Positions 20,458 through 29,568 of a stretch of 48,323 nucleotides of DNA are shown here, one piece after another. Under the pieces are notes generated by a model. That model saw nothing but the letters and a program-made list of their open reading frames with translations. It had not been told where the DNA came from and did not search any database. The stretch comes from Parcubacteria group bacterium (GTDB lineage: Bacteria > Patescibacteriota > Minisyncoccia > Phycocordibacterales > Zambryskibacteraceae), in NCBI GenBank assembly GCA_028286805.1, contig JAQBQW010000019.1, forward strand, positions 1-48,323, written 5' to 3'. Within the stretch, counting starts at the first letter, position 1. Each line of letters opens with the position of its first letter. Both the position numbers and the translations under genes were made by a program.

Positions 20458-21093
20458 TTATTCTTCTTTAAGGACAACAATGTCTCCCTCTTTCCCTTCC
20501 AAATCCTTCTTTTTAAGAACCAGTTTATCAATTGCATCCACTTTATCTTCTCCCCCTTCTTTTAAGAATACATCCAAGGACTTTTTATCTCCAACTTTTC
20601 CATAATGCATGGGGATGATGATCGAAGGTTCAAGAGAAACGGCCAATTTGTATGCCGCTGCCGCATCTAATACTCCTTCTCCGCCGATTGGTACGAACAA
20701 TACATCCACTTCTTCGAGAGCTTCAAGAGCATCTGCCGATAATGCCGGATTTGAGAGGGCTCCCAGGAATCCAAGGTTCATTCCTTCGAAGGAAATCTGA
20801 TAGATAGTGTTGTATCTGGCCTCGTCTCCGTAATTTGATTCCGAAAGAAAGCCTTTAATTCCGACATCTTTTACCTCATATTCTCCGGGACCTGTAATGA
20901 CGAAAGATTCTTTGTCTCCCCGGGAAGTGGTGTCTCCCCCGTTGAGGTCTGGGTGGTTTGTGGTGATAAGGGTAATATCTGCCCCTGATTTATTGGTGCC
21001 AAATTTTGAATCCTTGGAAGGCGGGTTGATGGCAAGAGTGAGGTCTCCTTGTGAGATTTTGAACGATTCGATCCCCTGGTAGCTGATTATCAT
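20458..21093 (-). CDS. MBL-fold metallo-hydrolase-like protein (degenerate metal site)
   Basis: MIISYQG..F.I, ITGPGEYEVKDV, VDVLFVPIGG, IIIPMHY. Confidence 0.8.
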   Translation of the reverse strand: MIISYQGIESFKISQGDLTLAINPPSKDSKFGTNKSGADITLITTNHPDLNGGDTTSRGDKESFVITGPGEYEVKDVGIKGFLSESNYGDEARYNTIYQISFEGMNLGFLGALSNPALSADALEALEEVDVLFVPIGGEGVLDAAAAYKLAVSLEPSIIIPMHYGKVGDKKSLDVFLKEGGEDKVDAIDKLVLKKKDLEGKEGDIVVLKEE

Positions 21094-21213
21094 ATTCCCT
21101 ATTTTACCATATTGAGTAGCCATTATCCACTTTTTATTTGAGTGAAAAGACGAAATGTGTTCAACTGTTTACAGACTCACGTTTCGCGAACATCCCCCGT
21201 TCCGGAGACGTAC

Positions 21214-21588
21214 ATGTTCAATCTGTCTATCGATCACGGCTCTCATGCAAAAATTGCATTGTGGAGCGTAGCATTCGTTGTCACATCCTTGCTGAGTGGG
21301 GCGGCAATACCAAAACCCACCGGATTCGTGTGTGGTGAAGTTGTCTCTCGTGAAAGTATTCAACCCGGAGTGCCTTGGCAGGAAAAAATTCTGTTCAAGA
21401 ACAACGACACACTTCGAGTCTGGACCAACATTCCTATCCAGATCGAATACAAGGAACGCGAACCGGGCGGCAAGATATACAAGATTTTCTATGTCGACCG
21501 AGTACTCGCATCGGGAGAGTCTCGGCGGTATTTCTGGAACATCTTGCAGGTCAACAACTGTGGTGGTCCAGCTTACCGCCATACATGA
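21214..21588 (+). CDS. Hypothetical secreted or membrane protein
   Basis: GGAG SD before ATG 21214, hydrophobic N-segment, two Cys, hairpin and T-run after the stop. Confidence 0.5.
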   Translation: MFNLSIDHGSHAKIALWSVAFVVTSLLSGAAIPKPTGFVCGEVVSRESIQPGVPWQEKILFKNNDTLRVWTNIPIQIEYKEREPGGKIYKIFYVDRVLASGESRRYFWNILQVNNCGGPAYRHT

Positions 21589-21771
21589 ATTCCCCTTCCC
21601 CAATCTATCGGGGATTTTTTTATATTTGTTGTACACAACGTGTATTGACAAGCAAAACACGCCTGATACTGTTTAATGAGTTGCAGCAACAAGGAGCTCT
21701 TACCCCTCCCGATGTATGCAGAGCACCTTGCCACGGTTCCCTAAAGGAACCACGTTCCACAGGAGAGAGAC

Positions 21772-22245
21772 ATGCGTCAGCCTCACAGTCGTGCCTCCGG
21801 TCATCGGATGTCCACGCGGGTCACAGCAGTCCTCACGGTCTTCGCACTCGCTGTTCTCGCACCGACGATGCAGGTTGCAGCCGGATCGACCGCGCCAACG
21901 TACACCGTCGCGGCGCCCGCGACGAACACCCAGCAGGCCGCCATCGTCGAGACCGGGATCACGGTCAGCATCCAGGTCGCCAAGGTCGCAATCGAAGGCA
22001 GTTCCGGCGTCAAGGACGTGATGTTCACGTCACGCCATGTCGACGGCATCGAAGTCACCGGTTCGTACAACAACACGGCGACCACGGCAGCACTCACGAA
22101 GCAACCATGCGATATGCAGGCACTCGACGACACCGCCGGCGCGACGAAGGTGCAGCTCGCGAAGTTCACGGGAACCCCGCTCGTCGTCCGACTGACGCCA
22201 CTCTGCGGCGGCAACACCCGGCGAATCGCGCTCTCCATCACCTGA
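21772..22245 (+). CDS. Hypothetical GC-rich secreted protein
   Basis: AGGAG SD, signal-like segment VTAVLTVFALAVLAPTMQVAA, strong G/C third-position bias, downstream hairpins. Confidence 0.65.
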   Translation: MRQPHSRASGHRMSTRVTAVLTVFALAVLAPTMQVAAGSTAPTYTVAAPATNTQQAAIVETGITVSIQVAKVAIEGSSGVKDVMFTSRHVDGIEVTGSYNNTATTAALTKQPCDMQALDDTAGATKVQLAKFTGTPLVVRLTPLCGGNTRRIALSIT

Positions 22246-22428
22246 TCCACTCGCAGTAGCAGCACAGCTGTACTGCGTCGACCCCACTCTGTTGGGGTCT
22301 TCGCTTTTATAGACAATTCCCCTCTTTTCTGCTATTTTACTCAGGTTCCTTATTAACCCCCTCGTTCGATATCCCCACGGCTTTAGGCAACCATTCAGAA
22401 AGCCGTGGACCGTACGAGGCTCACTCAT

Positions 22429-23532
22429 TTGGCTACAAAAGAAAAGAAAGTTAAAACCCCTGCAGCAGAGGACACCTCTCTCATGGGCCAAGTTGTTTCG
22501 AATACTGAAAATCCCCCTTCCATCGAAGACGTTGTTGAAGGACCCGTCATCTCTATAGACAAAGGTGCGGTTTTTATCGATCTTCATCCATTCGGTACCG
22601 GAATCATCTACGGTCGTGAATTCATGAACGCTCGAGACATTATCAAGAAGATTAACCCGGGAGACACAGTTGCCGGAAAGGTTGTTGGTATCGGAGGCAA
22701 AGAAGGATACATCGAAATTTCCCTCAAAGAAGCTCGCCAGGCTCTTATCTGGAGCGAGGCTGAAGAAGCCATCAATGGCAAGCGCATCTACGAACTTCCA
22801 ATCACCGATGCAAACAAGGGAGGTCTTATCATCAACTGGCAGGGTATCTCCGGATTCCTCCCTGCATCTCAACTCAAACCTGAACACTATCCTCGCGTTT
22901 CAGACGGAGACAAGGAAAGAATTCTCGAAGAGTTGAAGAAACTCGTTGGTACAAAGCTTTCGGTGACCATCATCGGAGCAAATCCAAAGGAAGGTAAACT
23001 TATCTTCTCTGAAAAATCTCCTGAAACAAAGAACAAGGAAAACATTATCCAGAAATACGCCCTTGGAGACGAACTTTCCGGAGAAGTAACGGGATTGGTA
23101 GATTTCGGAGTCTTCGTTAAACTCGAAGAAGGACTCGAAGGATTGGTACACATCTCTGAAATTGATTGGGGCTTGGTGGAAAATCCAAAGACCATGTTCA
23201 AGATCGGTGAAAAGGTAAAAGTGAAGATTATCGAAATCAAAGACGATAAAATTTCTCTTTCTATCAAAGCCCTCAAGGAAAACCCTTGGAAAGGTGCGGA
23301 GAAGAAATACAAGAAGGACGATGTGGTTGAAGGAGTTATCATCAAGTTCAACAAGCACGGAGCACTCGCTTCCCTTGAAGAAGGAGTTGCAGGTCTCGTC
23401 CACGTTTCTGAATTCGGCGGTGAAGACAAGCTTCGTGAGAAACTCGAAATGGGTAAATCATACAGCTTCAAGATCACTCTCTTTGATCCAAAAGAACAGA
23501 AGATGGCGCTCTCGTATATCGAGAAGAAGTAA
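22429..23532 (+). CDS. rpsA: 30S ribosomal protein S1 (four S1 domains)
   Basis: Repeated S1 motifs (GFLPASQL, FGVFVKLEEGLEGLVHISEI, GLVHVSE). The TTG start at 22429 is inferred. Confidence 0.88.
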   Translation: MATKEKKVKTPAAEDTSLMGQVVSNTENPPSIEDVVEGPVISIDKGAVFIDLHPFGTGIIYGREFMNARDIIKKINPGDTVAGKVVGIGGKEGYIEISLKEARQALIWSEAEEAINGKRIYELPITDANKGGLIINWQGISGFLPASQLKPEHYPRVSDGDKERILEELKKLVGTKLSVTIIGANPKEGKLIFSEKSPETKNKENIIQKYALGDELSGEVTGLVDFGVFVKLEEGLEGLVHISEIDWGLVENPKTMFKIGEKVKVKIIEIKDDKISLSIKALKENPWKGAEKKYKKDDVVEGVIIKFNKHGALASLEEGVAGLVHVSEFGGEDKLREKLEMGKSYSFKITLFDPKEQKMALSYIEKK

Positions 23533-23544
23533 AATTCCAAAGAA

Positions 23545-23576
23545 AATAAAAACCCCGCAATTGCGGGGTTTTTATT
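23545..23576 (+). terminator. Intrinsic terminator after rpsA (perfect 32-bp palindrome)
   Basis: AATAAAAACCCCGCAATTGCGGGGTTTTTATT. Confidence 0.85.
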
Positions 23577-23652
23577 GCGCATTGCAAAGTTAACTAAAGT
23601 GTGGTTTTATATCGAAAGAACCCTCATCCACTCACCCCTTCGGAGGCTTTTT

Positions 23653-24072
23653 ATGGCTCAAGACCATGGAGCATTTCGGAGGTGCATCCTCCTGATTTTG
23701 CTCGAAGCGTTTTACCAGGCTGATGATTCTGTCTTCAGCTTTGAAAGATTCTTCAAAGCAGTGCAAGGACTTCGGGGATATTTGCACCACAACAAGAGCA
23801 TGAGTGTGATTCTGGGGCTAACCACTAGAGAAGATGTCATCTCCCATCTTCATGGGTTAGCAGCTGACAACCTCATCCTGTTTGTGGACAACGACGAAAC
23901 AGATCGAGAGATTCGTTTGCCTCGTGAAGTTTGGAGACAGATGGCGTCGGGGAATCATCACAAGGATATTCGCATGAGTGATGGTTCGCGCCTAAACTTC
24001 TTCAGACTTTCACAAAAGGCGGCTCTCTACTCAAAGAATCTTCTTCCCCACGAACGTTGCGCGGACCAGTAG
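23653..24072 (+). CDS. Hypothetical protein
   Basis: GGAGG SD before ATG 23653; a hairpin overlaps the stop. Confidence 0.55.
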   Translation: MAQDHGAFRRCILLILLEAFYQADDSVFSFERFFKAVQGLRGYLHHNKSMSVILGLTTREDVISHLHGLAADNLILFVDNDETDREIRLPREVWRQMASGNHHKDIRMSDGSRLNFFRLSQKAALYSKNLLPHERCADQ

Positions 24073-24143
24073 TCCGTGCTTTTTATTTGAAATTTTTGAC
24101 AGGAAGTGTAGGGTGATGAAAGACCCCATACCACGAGGACTCC

Positions 24144-24701
24144 GTGCACATCATTTTACCAAAAACTTTAGCACCAATCGGCACCAACCCTCTTTTCTTT
24201 CTAGTCGGACCAATCCGTGGAGGAGACGACTGGCAGAAAAAATGCTGCGAGTTGCTGGAAGAAAAAATGTGTCAAGATTTCGACGTAGCAGTACCGTGCA
24301 GGTGGGGACCAAAACATCCACTGTACACACATCGCGTAGTCGGTTTTCAAGATGGCTTTGGTCGCCAACTTCTGTGGGAAAGATACTACCTCGCAGCTGC
24401 AGGGAGAGAATTAGGCAAGGGATGCATTCTTGCATGGCTTCCATGCGAGAGTGAGACAAATCCGCGGGATGATGGACAGCTGTATGCTCGTGACACATAC
24501 GGAGAGCTGGGAGAATGGCGAGGAAGATTTATGTGTCGTCCTAACAGAAACGAACAGCTACCTTTCGCCATCGGAGCCGAAGCGGAATTTCCTGGCTTTG
24601 ATGTAATCAAGAGAAATTTCGACGACGGGCTCAAGGGAAGAATTCATTTTGCTACCACCCTTGAAATGACTGTCGAGCATGCGGTGTCCACGCTCTACTG
24701 A
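24144..24701 (+). CDS. Nucleoside 2-deoxyribosyltransferase-like (NDT/Rcl-type) domain protein
   Basis: FFLVGPIRGGDDWQ, Q..WER.YL, ILAWLP and T.GELG match the NDT-like Rossmannoid pattern; GAGGA SD before GTG. Confidence 0.6.
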   Translation: MHIILPKTLAPIGTNPLFFLVGPIRGGDDWQKKCCELLEEKMCQDFDVAVPCRWGPKHPLYTHRVVGFQDGFGRQLLWERYYLAAAGRELGKGCILAWLPCESETNPRDDGQLYARDTYGELGEWRGRFMCRPNRNEQLPFAIGAEAEFPGFDVIKRNFDDGLKGRIHFATTLEMTVEHAVSTLY

Positions 24702-24702
24702 T

Positions 24703-25230
24703 CTACCCGTTACATTCCGTCATCGCCTTCTGAAGCCCCTCCGTCACCAGGTATTCAACTGCAGTTCCTGCACGCATGAATACCTTTTTTAATATTTCAG
24801 TTTCAGAAGCTTTAAATTCACCTAAGATAAACTTCTCGACATCTTTCTCCCCTTTTGGCTTCTTTAATTTCCCTCCTGGAGTGACCGGGCTGATACCAAT
24901 TCGGATACGAATGAATGCAGTGGTGCCTAAAGCTTTAATAATCGATTCTATGCCCTTGTGGCCCCCTGAGCCCCTATCGTACGAGACTCTCATGGTTCCC
25001 AAAGGAAGATCGAGATCGTCATAGATGACGATTAATTTCTCTGCCGCCTTCTTACTCTTCACCACTTTCGCTACTCCGGACCCGGATTTGTTCATGAACG
25101 TATCCAAATGAACAAACTTTACGCCTTCAGCCGGATTTTTTTCCAAAAACTCTACAGCAAGGCGCCCGGTGTTGTGTCGGGTGTGCGTGTATTCGTCTCC
25201 GGGATTGCCCAAACCTACGAGAATATGCAT
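24703..25230 (-). CDS. pth: Peptidyl-tRNA hydrolase
   Basis: VGLGNPG..Y..TRHN.G, TFMN.SG, DDLDLP, GGHKG, RIRIGI. Confidence 0.95.
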   Translation of the reverse strand: MHILVGLGNPGDEYTHTRHNTGRLAVEFLEKNPAEGVKFVHLDTFMNKSGSGVAKVVKSKKAAEKLIVIYDDLDLPLGTMRVSYDRGSGGHKGIESIIKALGTTAFIRIRIGISPVTPGGKLKKPKGEKDVEKFILGEFKASETEILKKVFMRAGTAVEYLVTEGLQKAMTECNG

Positions 25231-25278
25231 GGACCTATTGTGTCAAATGATTTTAGATAATACAATGCAGTAAAAATT

Positions 25279-25875
25279 ATGGACACAACAACTCAGAACG
25301 TTCCTCTTGAAATAAAAAAAGAAAAGAAATCTGATTTCTGGCTCGAGCTTGGAAAACTTGCGGTCATTGCAATTGTTGTGGTTGTTCCTTTCAGACTTTT
25401 TATCGCCCAGCCTTTCATTGTGGACGGCGCTTCAATGGATCCGACCTTTGCAACGGGACAATATTTAGTTGTGGATGAAGTAACGTATCATTTCCATACT
25501 CCAGCCCGAGGTTCTGTTCTCATTTTCAAATATCCGAACGATACGAGCAAATATTTTATTAAACGCGTCATTGGTCTTCCCGGAGAAACGGTGAAAATCA
25601 ATAACGGAATTGTGACAATCATTAATGCAGCACATCCGGAAGGGATAACATTGGACGAACCATACATTGTGTACAAGAAAGCAGATTCCTCAACTCTCAC
25701 CCTTTCAAACGACGAATATTTTGTCATGGGAGACAACAGGCTTGGCAGCGCAGACTCCAGATTGTGGGGTCCCGTTCCAACCAAAGATATTGTTGGCCGT
25801 CCAATCGTGCGTTTCTGGCCTCTAGCTCTCTGGCCGGGAGATAAAACACAATCACTCAATGTCCAAACAAACTAA
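25279..25875 (+). CDS. lepB: Signal peptidase I
   Basis: GASMDPTF, FIKRVIGLPGE, YFVMGDNR..SADSR.WG. Confidence 0.95.
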   Translation: MDTTTQNVPLEIKKEKKSDFWLELGKLAVIAIVVVVPFRLFIAQPFIVDGASMDPTFATGQYLVVDEVTYHFHTPARGSVLIFKYPNDTSKYFIKRVIGLPGETVKINNGIVTIINAAHPEGITLDEPYIVYKKADSSTLTLSNDEYFVMGDNRLGSADSRLWGPVPTKDIVGRPIVRFWPLALWPGDKTQSLNVQTN

Positions 25876-27013
25876 CAGACCTGGATTTATTCTTAATGAA
25901 TTCGACCGCTCTGTTTTTTTAGCCTCCCACTTTGGATTTATGCCGGTAGAAGCACCGAAAGTTACCGAGAAAGATCTTCGTATGACCGAAGAATGCCGGG
26001 GATTCGTTGAAGCGGACAAACCGAAAGGAATCCATGACGCCGCGGAAAAATCGGCTTTCCTCCGGACCTATTTGGAAAAAGAATGGAATGGACTTTCGCA
26101 TCCCCTGGCTCTGGCATATAAAAAACCGGACTCGGGCAAGAAAACTTCCGAATACGGGCTTCATGTTCTCGGATTATCCACCGCTGCAGCCGAAGCTCTC
26201 CTCTTGCAGGCTTCCCTTTCCATACTCGAAGATCAGGGACACAAACATATGGTCATTGAAATAAATTCAATGGGAGACAAGGATTCCATTTCTGCGTATG
26301 AGCGTGAATTGCATCATTTCATGAAAAAGCACGGAGACTGTATTGCAAGCGAACACAAAAAAAGATTAAAAACGGATATTTTAGAAATATTGAATATCGA
26401 ACTTCCCGAAGCCTCGAGGGATCAGCTTCCTCTTTCCATTGCTTCTTTGAATTCTGTGAGTCGAGCACACTTTAAAGAGATGCTCGAATATCTCGAAGCA
26501 TTGAATGTGGAATTCAGATTGGCTCACACGTTGAATATCAACAAGCATTACGCTTCGCACACTATTTATTCCATTCGAGATTTAGATAATGAATCGCTGC
26601 TTGCGAAAGGTTGCCGTTATTCCCGTCTATCTAAACGATTTGGATTCAAAAAGGAACTTCCGGCTGCTGCGATCACCATCTTTGGAGAAGTAAAGGAACC
26701 CCTAAAGATGTACAAAGATCTTCCAAGACCAAAATTCCATCTGATACAGCTTGGATCCCAAGCCAAGTTGAAAGCTATTCCTCTTATTGAACTCTTAAGA
26801 CGAGAAAAAATCCCTGTATACCACGCCATTGGAAGAGACAAGATCACAGCACAATTCAGTTCGGCCGAAGCGCTGCGCGTTCCGTATGTTCTTATCGTTG
26901 GACAAAAGGAAGCGTTGGATAACACAGTGACTATTCGTAATTCTTTTACACGAGCTCAAGAAACAGTGCGGATGGATGTCTTACCACAGTATCTAAAGAA
27001 TTTGACTTTTTAA
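25859..27013 (+). CDS. HisRS-like protein with HGTP anticodon-binding domain, catalytic core degenerate
   Basis: FGFMPVEAP, IEINSMG, HFKEMLEYL, LAKGCRYSRL and C-terminal VPYVLIVGQKEALDNTVTIRN follow the HisRS layout. Confidence 0.7.
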   Translation: MSKQTNRPGFILNEFDRSVFLASHFGFMPVEAPKVTEKDLRMTEECRGFVEADKPKGIHDAAEKSAFLRTYLEKEWNGLSHPLALAYKKPDSGKKTSEYGLHVLGLSTAAAEALLLQASLSILEDQGHKHMVIEINSMGDKDSISAYERELHHFMKKHGDCIASEHKKRLKTDILEILNIELPEASRDQLPLSIASLNSVSRAHFKEMLEYLEALNVEFRLAHTLNINKHYASHTIYSIRDLDNESLLAKGCRYSRLSKRFGFKKELPAAAITIFGEVKEPLKMYKDLPRPKFHLIQLGSQAKLKAIPLIELLRREKIPVYHAIGRDKITAQFSSAEALRVPYVLIVGQKEALDNTVTIRNSFTRAQETVRMDVLPQYLKNLTF

Positions 27014-27075
27014 ACTATTTGTACCATTGTACATACAGGACCGTATCACTCCCCTTACAATGGACAGATACTCAT

Positions 27076-27483
27076 ATGCGCTTCGCTCTTCGTATTTTGC
27101 TTGCCACGGTAGCTTTCCTGGCAACAGCCTGCAGGTTCGTAGATCAGCCTCCGTTGGGAACACCAGAAAACGTAGGTACCCGTAACCGTGTCTCCAGCCT
27201 CCTAAGACTGGAACGCCAGGACGGAAGAGGTGCAGGAATTTGCACGGAAGCTCTCCACACGTTCATGAACGTGAAGAACCGTGCTGCAGCGTCCTGGGGA
27301 CAAGCAAACACAACGGATATACTGCTTCTCCACGACGCTTTGGCCATGTCTGCCGGACTGGTCAGCAGATGCAGTACTGACGAGGAAACCGGAGTCAGAT
27401 TCGCAAGTGAAAACGTCGACGTCCGCCAAGTAGTGTATGTCGTGCAAGACGCCCGGGCGTTTGCCGTAGCAACAAACCAATAG
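27076..27483 (+). CDS. Hypothetical lipoprotein
   Basis: MRFALRILLATVAFLATA-C lipobox-like signal. Confidence 0.55.
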   Translation: MRFALRILLATVAFLATACRFVDQPPLGTPENVGTRNRVSSLLRLERQDGRGAGICTEALHTFMNVKNRAAASWGQANTTDILLLHDALAMSAGLVSRCSTDEETGVRFASENVDVRQVVYVVQDARAFAVATNQ

Positions 27484-27573
27484 TGCTTCTCCTCGTCCCG
27501 CCTCCATGTGGGACATTTTTTATACTCCCTTACTTGCCCAAAATAGGGCTTTGTGTTAGATTATCCCCCACAT

Positions 27574-27828
27574 ATGGCAGTAAATATTGAAGTTCAAAAA
27601 GGAGCCAGCGAGAACAATCTCTCAGTCCTCCGAAGGTTCCAGAAACGCGTTCAGGGCGCAGGTGTCCTTACCCGTGTCCGTTCAAACCGCTATTCAGAAC
27701 GAGTGAAATCAGAGAACGTCAAACGAGCTAAAACCCTTGCATATTTGAAGAAAAAAGACGAAACAGCAGAACTCGTTAAACTCGGAAAGATTCAGGAAGT
27801 TTCAAAATTCGGCAAGCGCAAGCGATAA
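27574..27828 (+). CDS. rpsU: 30S ribosomal protein S21
   Basis: V......E....LRRF.K.V...GV....R..RY; basic, 84 aa. Confidence 0.8.
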   Translation: MAVNIEVQKGASENNLSVLRRFQKRVQGAGVLTRVRSNRYSERVKSENVKRAKTLAYLKKKDETAELVKLGKIQEVSKFGKRKR

Positions 27829-27829
27829 G

Positions 27830-28219
27830 ATGGGTAAGGGTTCAACACTCTCAATAATCAATACAACAAGAGGCAAGGCTCCGTCCCTGCCTTTTGTCTT
27901 AATGAAAGATAAGAGCCTTGGAAAGAAATATGAGATGTCTCTCGTGTTTATCGGAGACCAAAGATCACGCACATTAAACAGAATCCACCGGAACAAAGAT
28001 TATCCAACAAACATTCTCTCGTTTGAACTTTCAAAAACGAGCGGGGAAATTTTTATAAACCTCGCCTTGGCCAAAAGACAGGCAAAAAAATTTGACCGTA
28101 CCTATCCAAATTTTGTCGCTTTCTTGTTTATCCACGGGCTTTTTCATTTGAAAGGAATGGATCATGGCAGTACAATGGAGAGAGCGGAAGAGAAAGTGCG
28201 AAAAGAGTTCGGTATTTAG
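27830..28219 (+). CDS. ybeY: rRNA maturation RNase YbeY
   Basis: LNRIHRNKDYPTNILSF, GEIFI, HGLFHLKGMDH. Confidence 0.92.
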   Translation: MGKGSTLSIINTTRGKAPSLPFVLMKDKSLGKKYEMSLVFIGDQRSRTLNRIHRNKDYPTNILSFELSKTSGEIFINLALAKRQAKKFDRTYPNFVAFLFIHGLFHLKGMDHGSTMERAEEKVRKEFGI

Positions 28220-28243
28220 TTTTCTCTCCTCTCCTTTTATTTC

Positions 28244-29461
28244 ATGGCACGCCAGATTAAAGTCGGCATTGATATCGGCACGCATCACACGAAAGTTGTG
28301 ATCGCCGAAGAAACGCGCCTCACCTCCCCTTCTGGTTCGGTGCGCGTTACCCCAAAAGTTATCGGTACAGGCACGTCCGAATCCCGCGGAGTACACCATG
28401 GCTATATCACAAACGTAGCCGAAGTCCGAGAAAGCATCAAGCATGCCGTTAAACAAGCCGAAAAGGCCGCAGGAGTGGAAGTACGCAGGGCATTCGTATC
28501 AGTGGGAGGTCTGGGACTTTCCGGGGTCACGGCTTCGGGATCCGTTATCATTTCCAAAGCGGATCTGGAGATCACCCAGCTTGATTTAAATAAAGCGCTC
28601 GAAGCGGCCGAAGCTGCCATTCCCCATGCAGTCTCTTTGAATAAGAAGATAATCAATACCATTCCCGTTGAATATAAAGCGGATGGAAAGTTAGTCTGGG
28701 GGCAAGCACTTGGATTGAAAGCCCAGAAGGTTGAAGTGAAAGTACTATTTGTGATGTGCCTTGAACAGCATCTTCAGTCTTTGATCAAAGCGGTGGAAGA
28801 AGCGGGTATAGAAGTGATAGACGTCGTTGCTTCCCCCATTGCGGCATCGTTTGTGAACTTATCTAAAAAACAAAAGAAGGCCGGGTCTGTCTTGGCAAAC
28901 CTTGGAGCTGAAACTCTTTCAATTGTCGTCTATGAAAACGACGCTCCCATTTCTCTCGAAGTTTTTTCTCTCGGCAGCACGGATATCACAAATGATATAG
29001 CTCTCGGTTTAAAAGTTACTCTCGAAGAAGCTGAATCCATCAAACTCGGAGCGGTGACAAACGCAACGTATTCCAAAAAGAAACTTGAAGATATCGTTTC
29101 AGCGCGTCTCAGCGATTGCTTTGAACTTATCGAAAACCACTTGAAAAAGATCGGGCGCAATTCCCTCTTGCCCGCGGGTATCGTTATCTCAGGTGGAGGC
29201 TCGGGAATACACAACATCAAAGAAACGGCCGAATCCACTCTCAAGCTCCCTTCAAAAATTGCCGAAATCCATTTTGGAGACGAGGAGAAAACCAAAACCA
29301 AGGATGGCATATGGTCTGTTGCCTATGGCCTTGCCGCATATGGCTTTATTGCCGAAGACGAACGGGCTTCCATTGGCCTTAAGGGACTCGAAAAAATAGC
29401 CGAAAGAGGCAAATCCTTCTCTAAAAAGCTCGGGGACTGGGTTGGGCAATTTCTTCCTTAA
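28244..29461 (+). CDS. ftsA: Cell division protein FtsA
   Basis: GIDIGT, ITNDIA.GL.....AE.IK, GIVISGGGS; upstream of ftsZ. Confidence 0.93.
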   Translation: MARQIKVGIDIGTHHTKVVIAEETRLTSPSGSVRVTPKVIGTGTSESRGVHHGYITNVAEVRESIKHAVKQAEKAAGVEVRRAFVSVGGLGLSGVTASGSVIISKADLEITQLDLNKALEAAEAAIPHAVSLNKKIINTIPVEYKADGKLVWGQALGLKAQKVEVKVLFVMCLEQHLQSLIKAVEEAGIEVIDVVASPIAASFVNLSKKQKKAGSVLANLGAETLSIVVYENDAPISLEVFSLGSTDITNDIALGLKVTLEEAESIKLGAVTNATYSKKKLEDIVSARLSDCFELIENHLKKIGRNSLLPAGIVISGGGSGIHNIKETAESTLKLPSKIAEIHFGDEEKTKTKDGIWSVAYGLAAYGFIAEDERASIGLKGLEKIAERGKSFSKKLGDWVGQFLP

Positions 29462-29568
29462 CGGAGGAATAAAACACGAAACTTATTTAGAATCTGTCAA
29501 CGGTTTCTTTTTCCCCTGGCTTTCTGTACTATAGTGGCATCTTATAAGACAGATTATCCACCCCTACC

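Noticed and set aside
21375..22316. Long alternative ORFs (294 aa plus strand, 171 aa minus strand)
   Set aside because: Shadow frames of a GC-rich gene; the 21772-22245 frame has the SD, signal peptide and codon bias.
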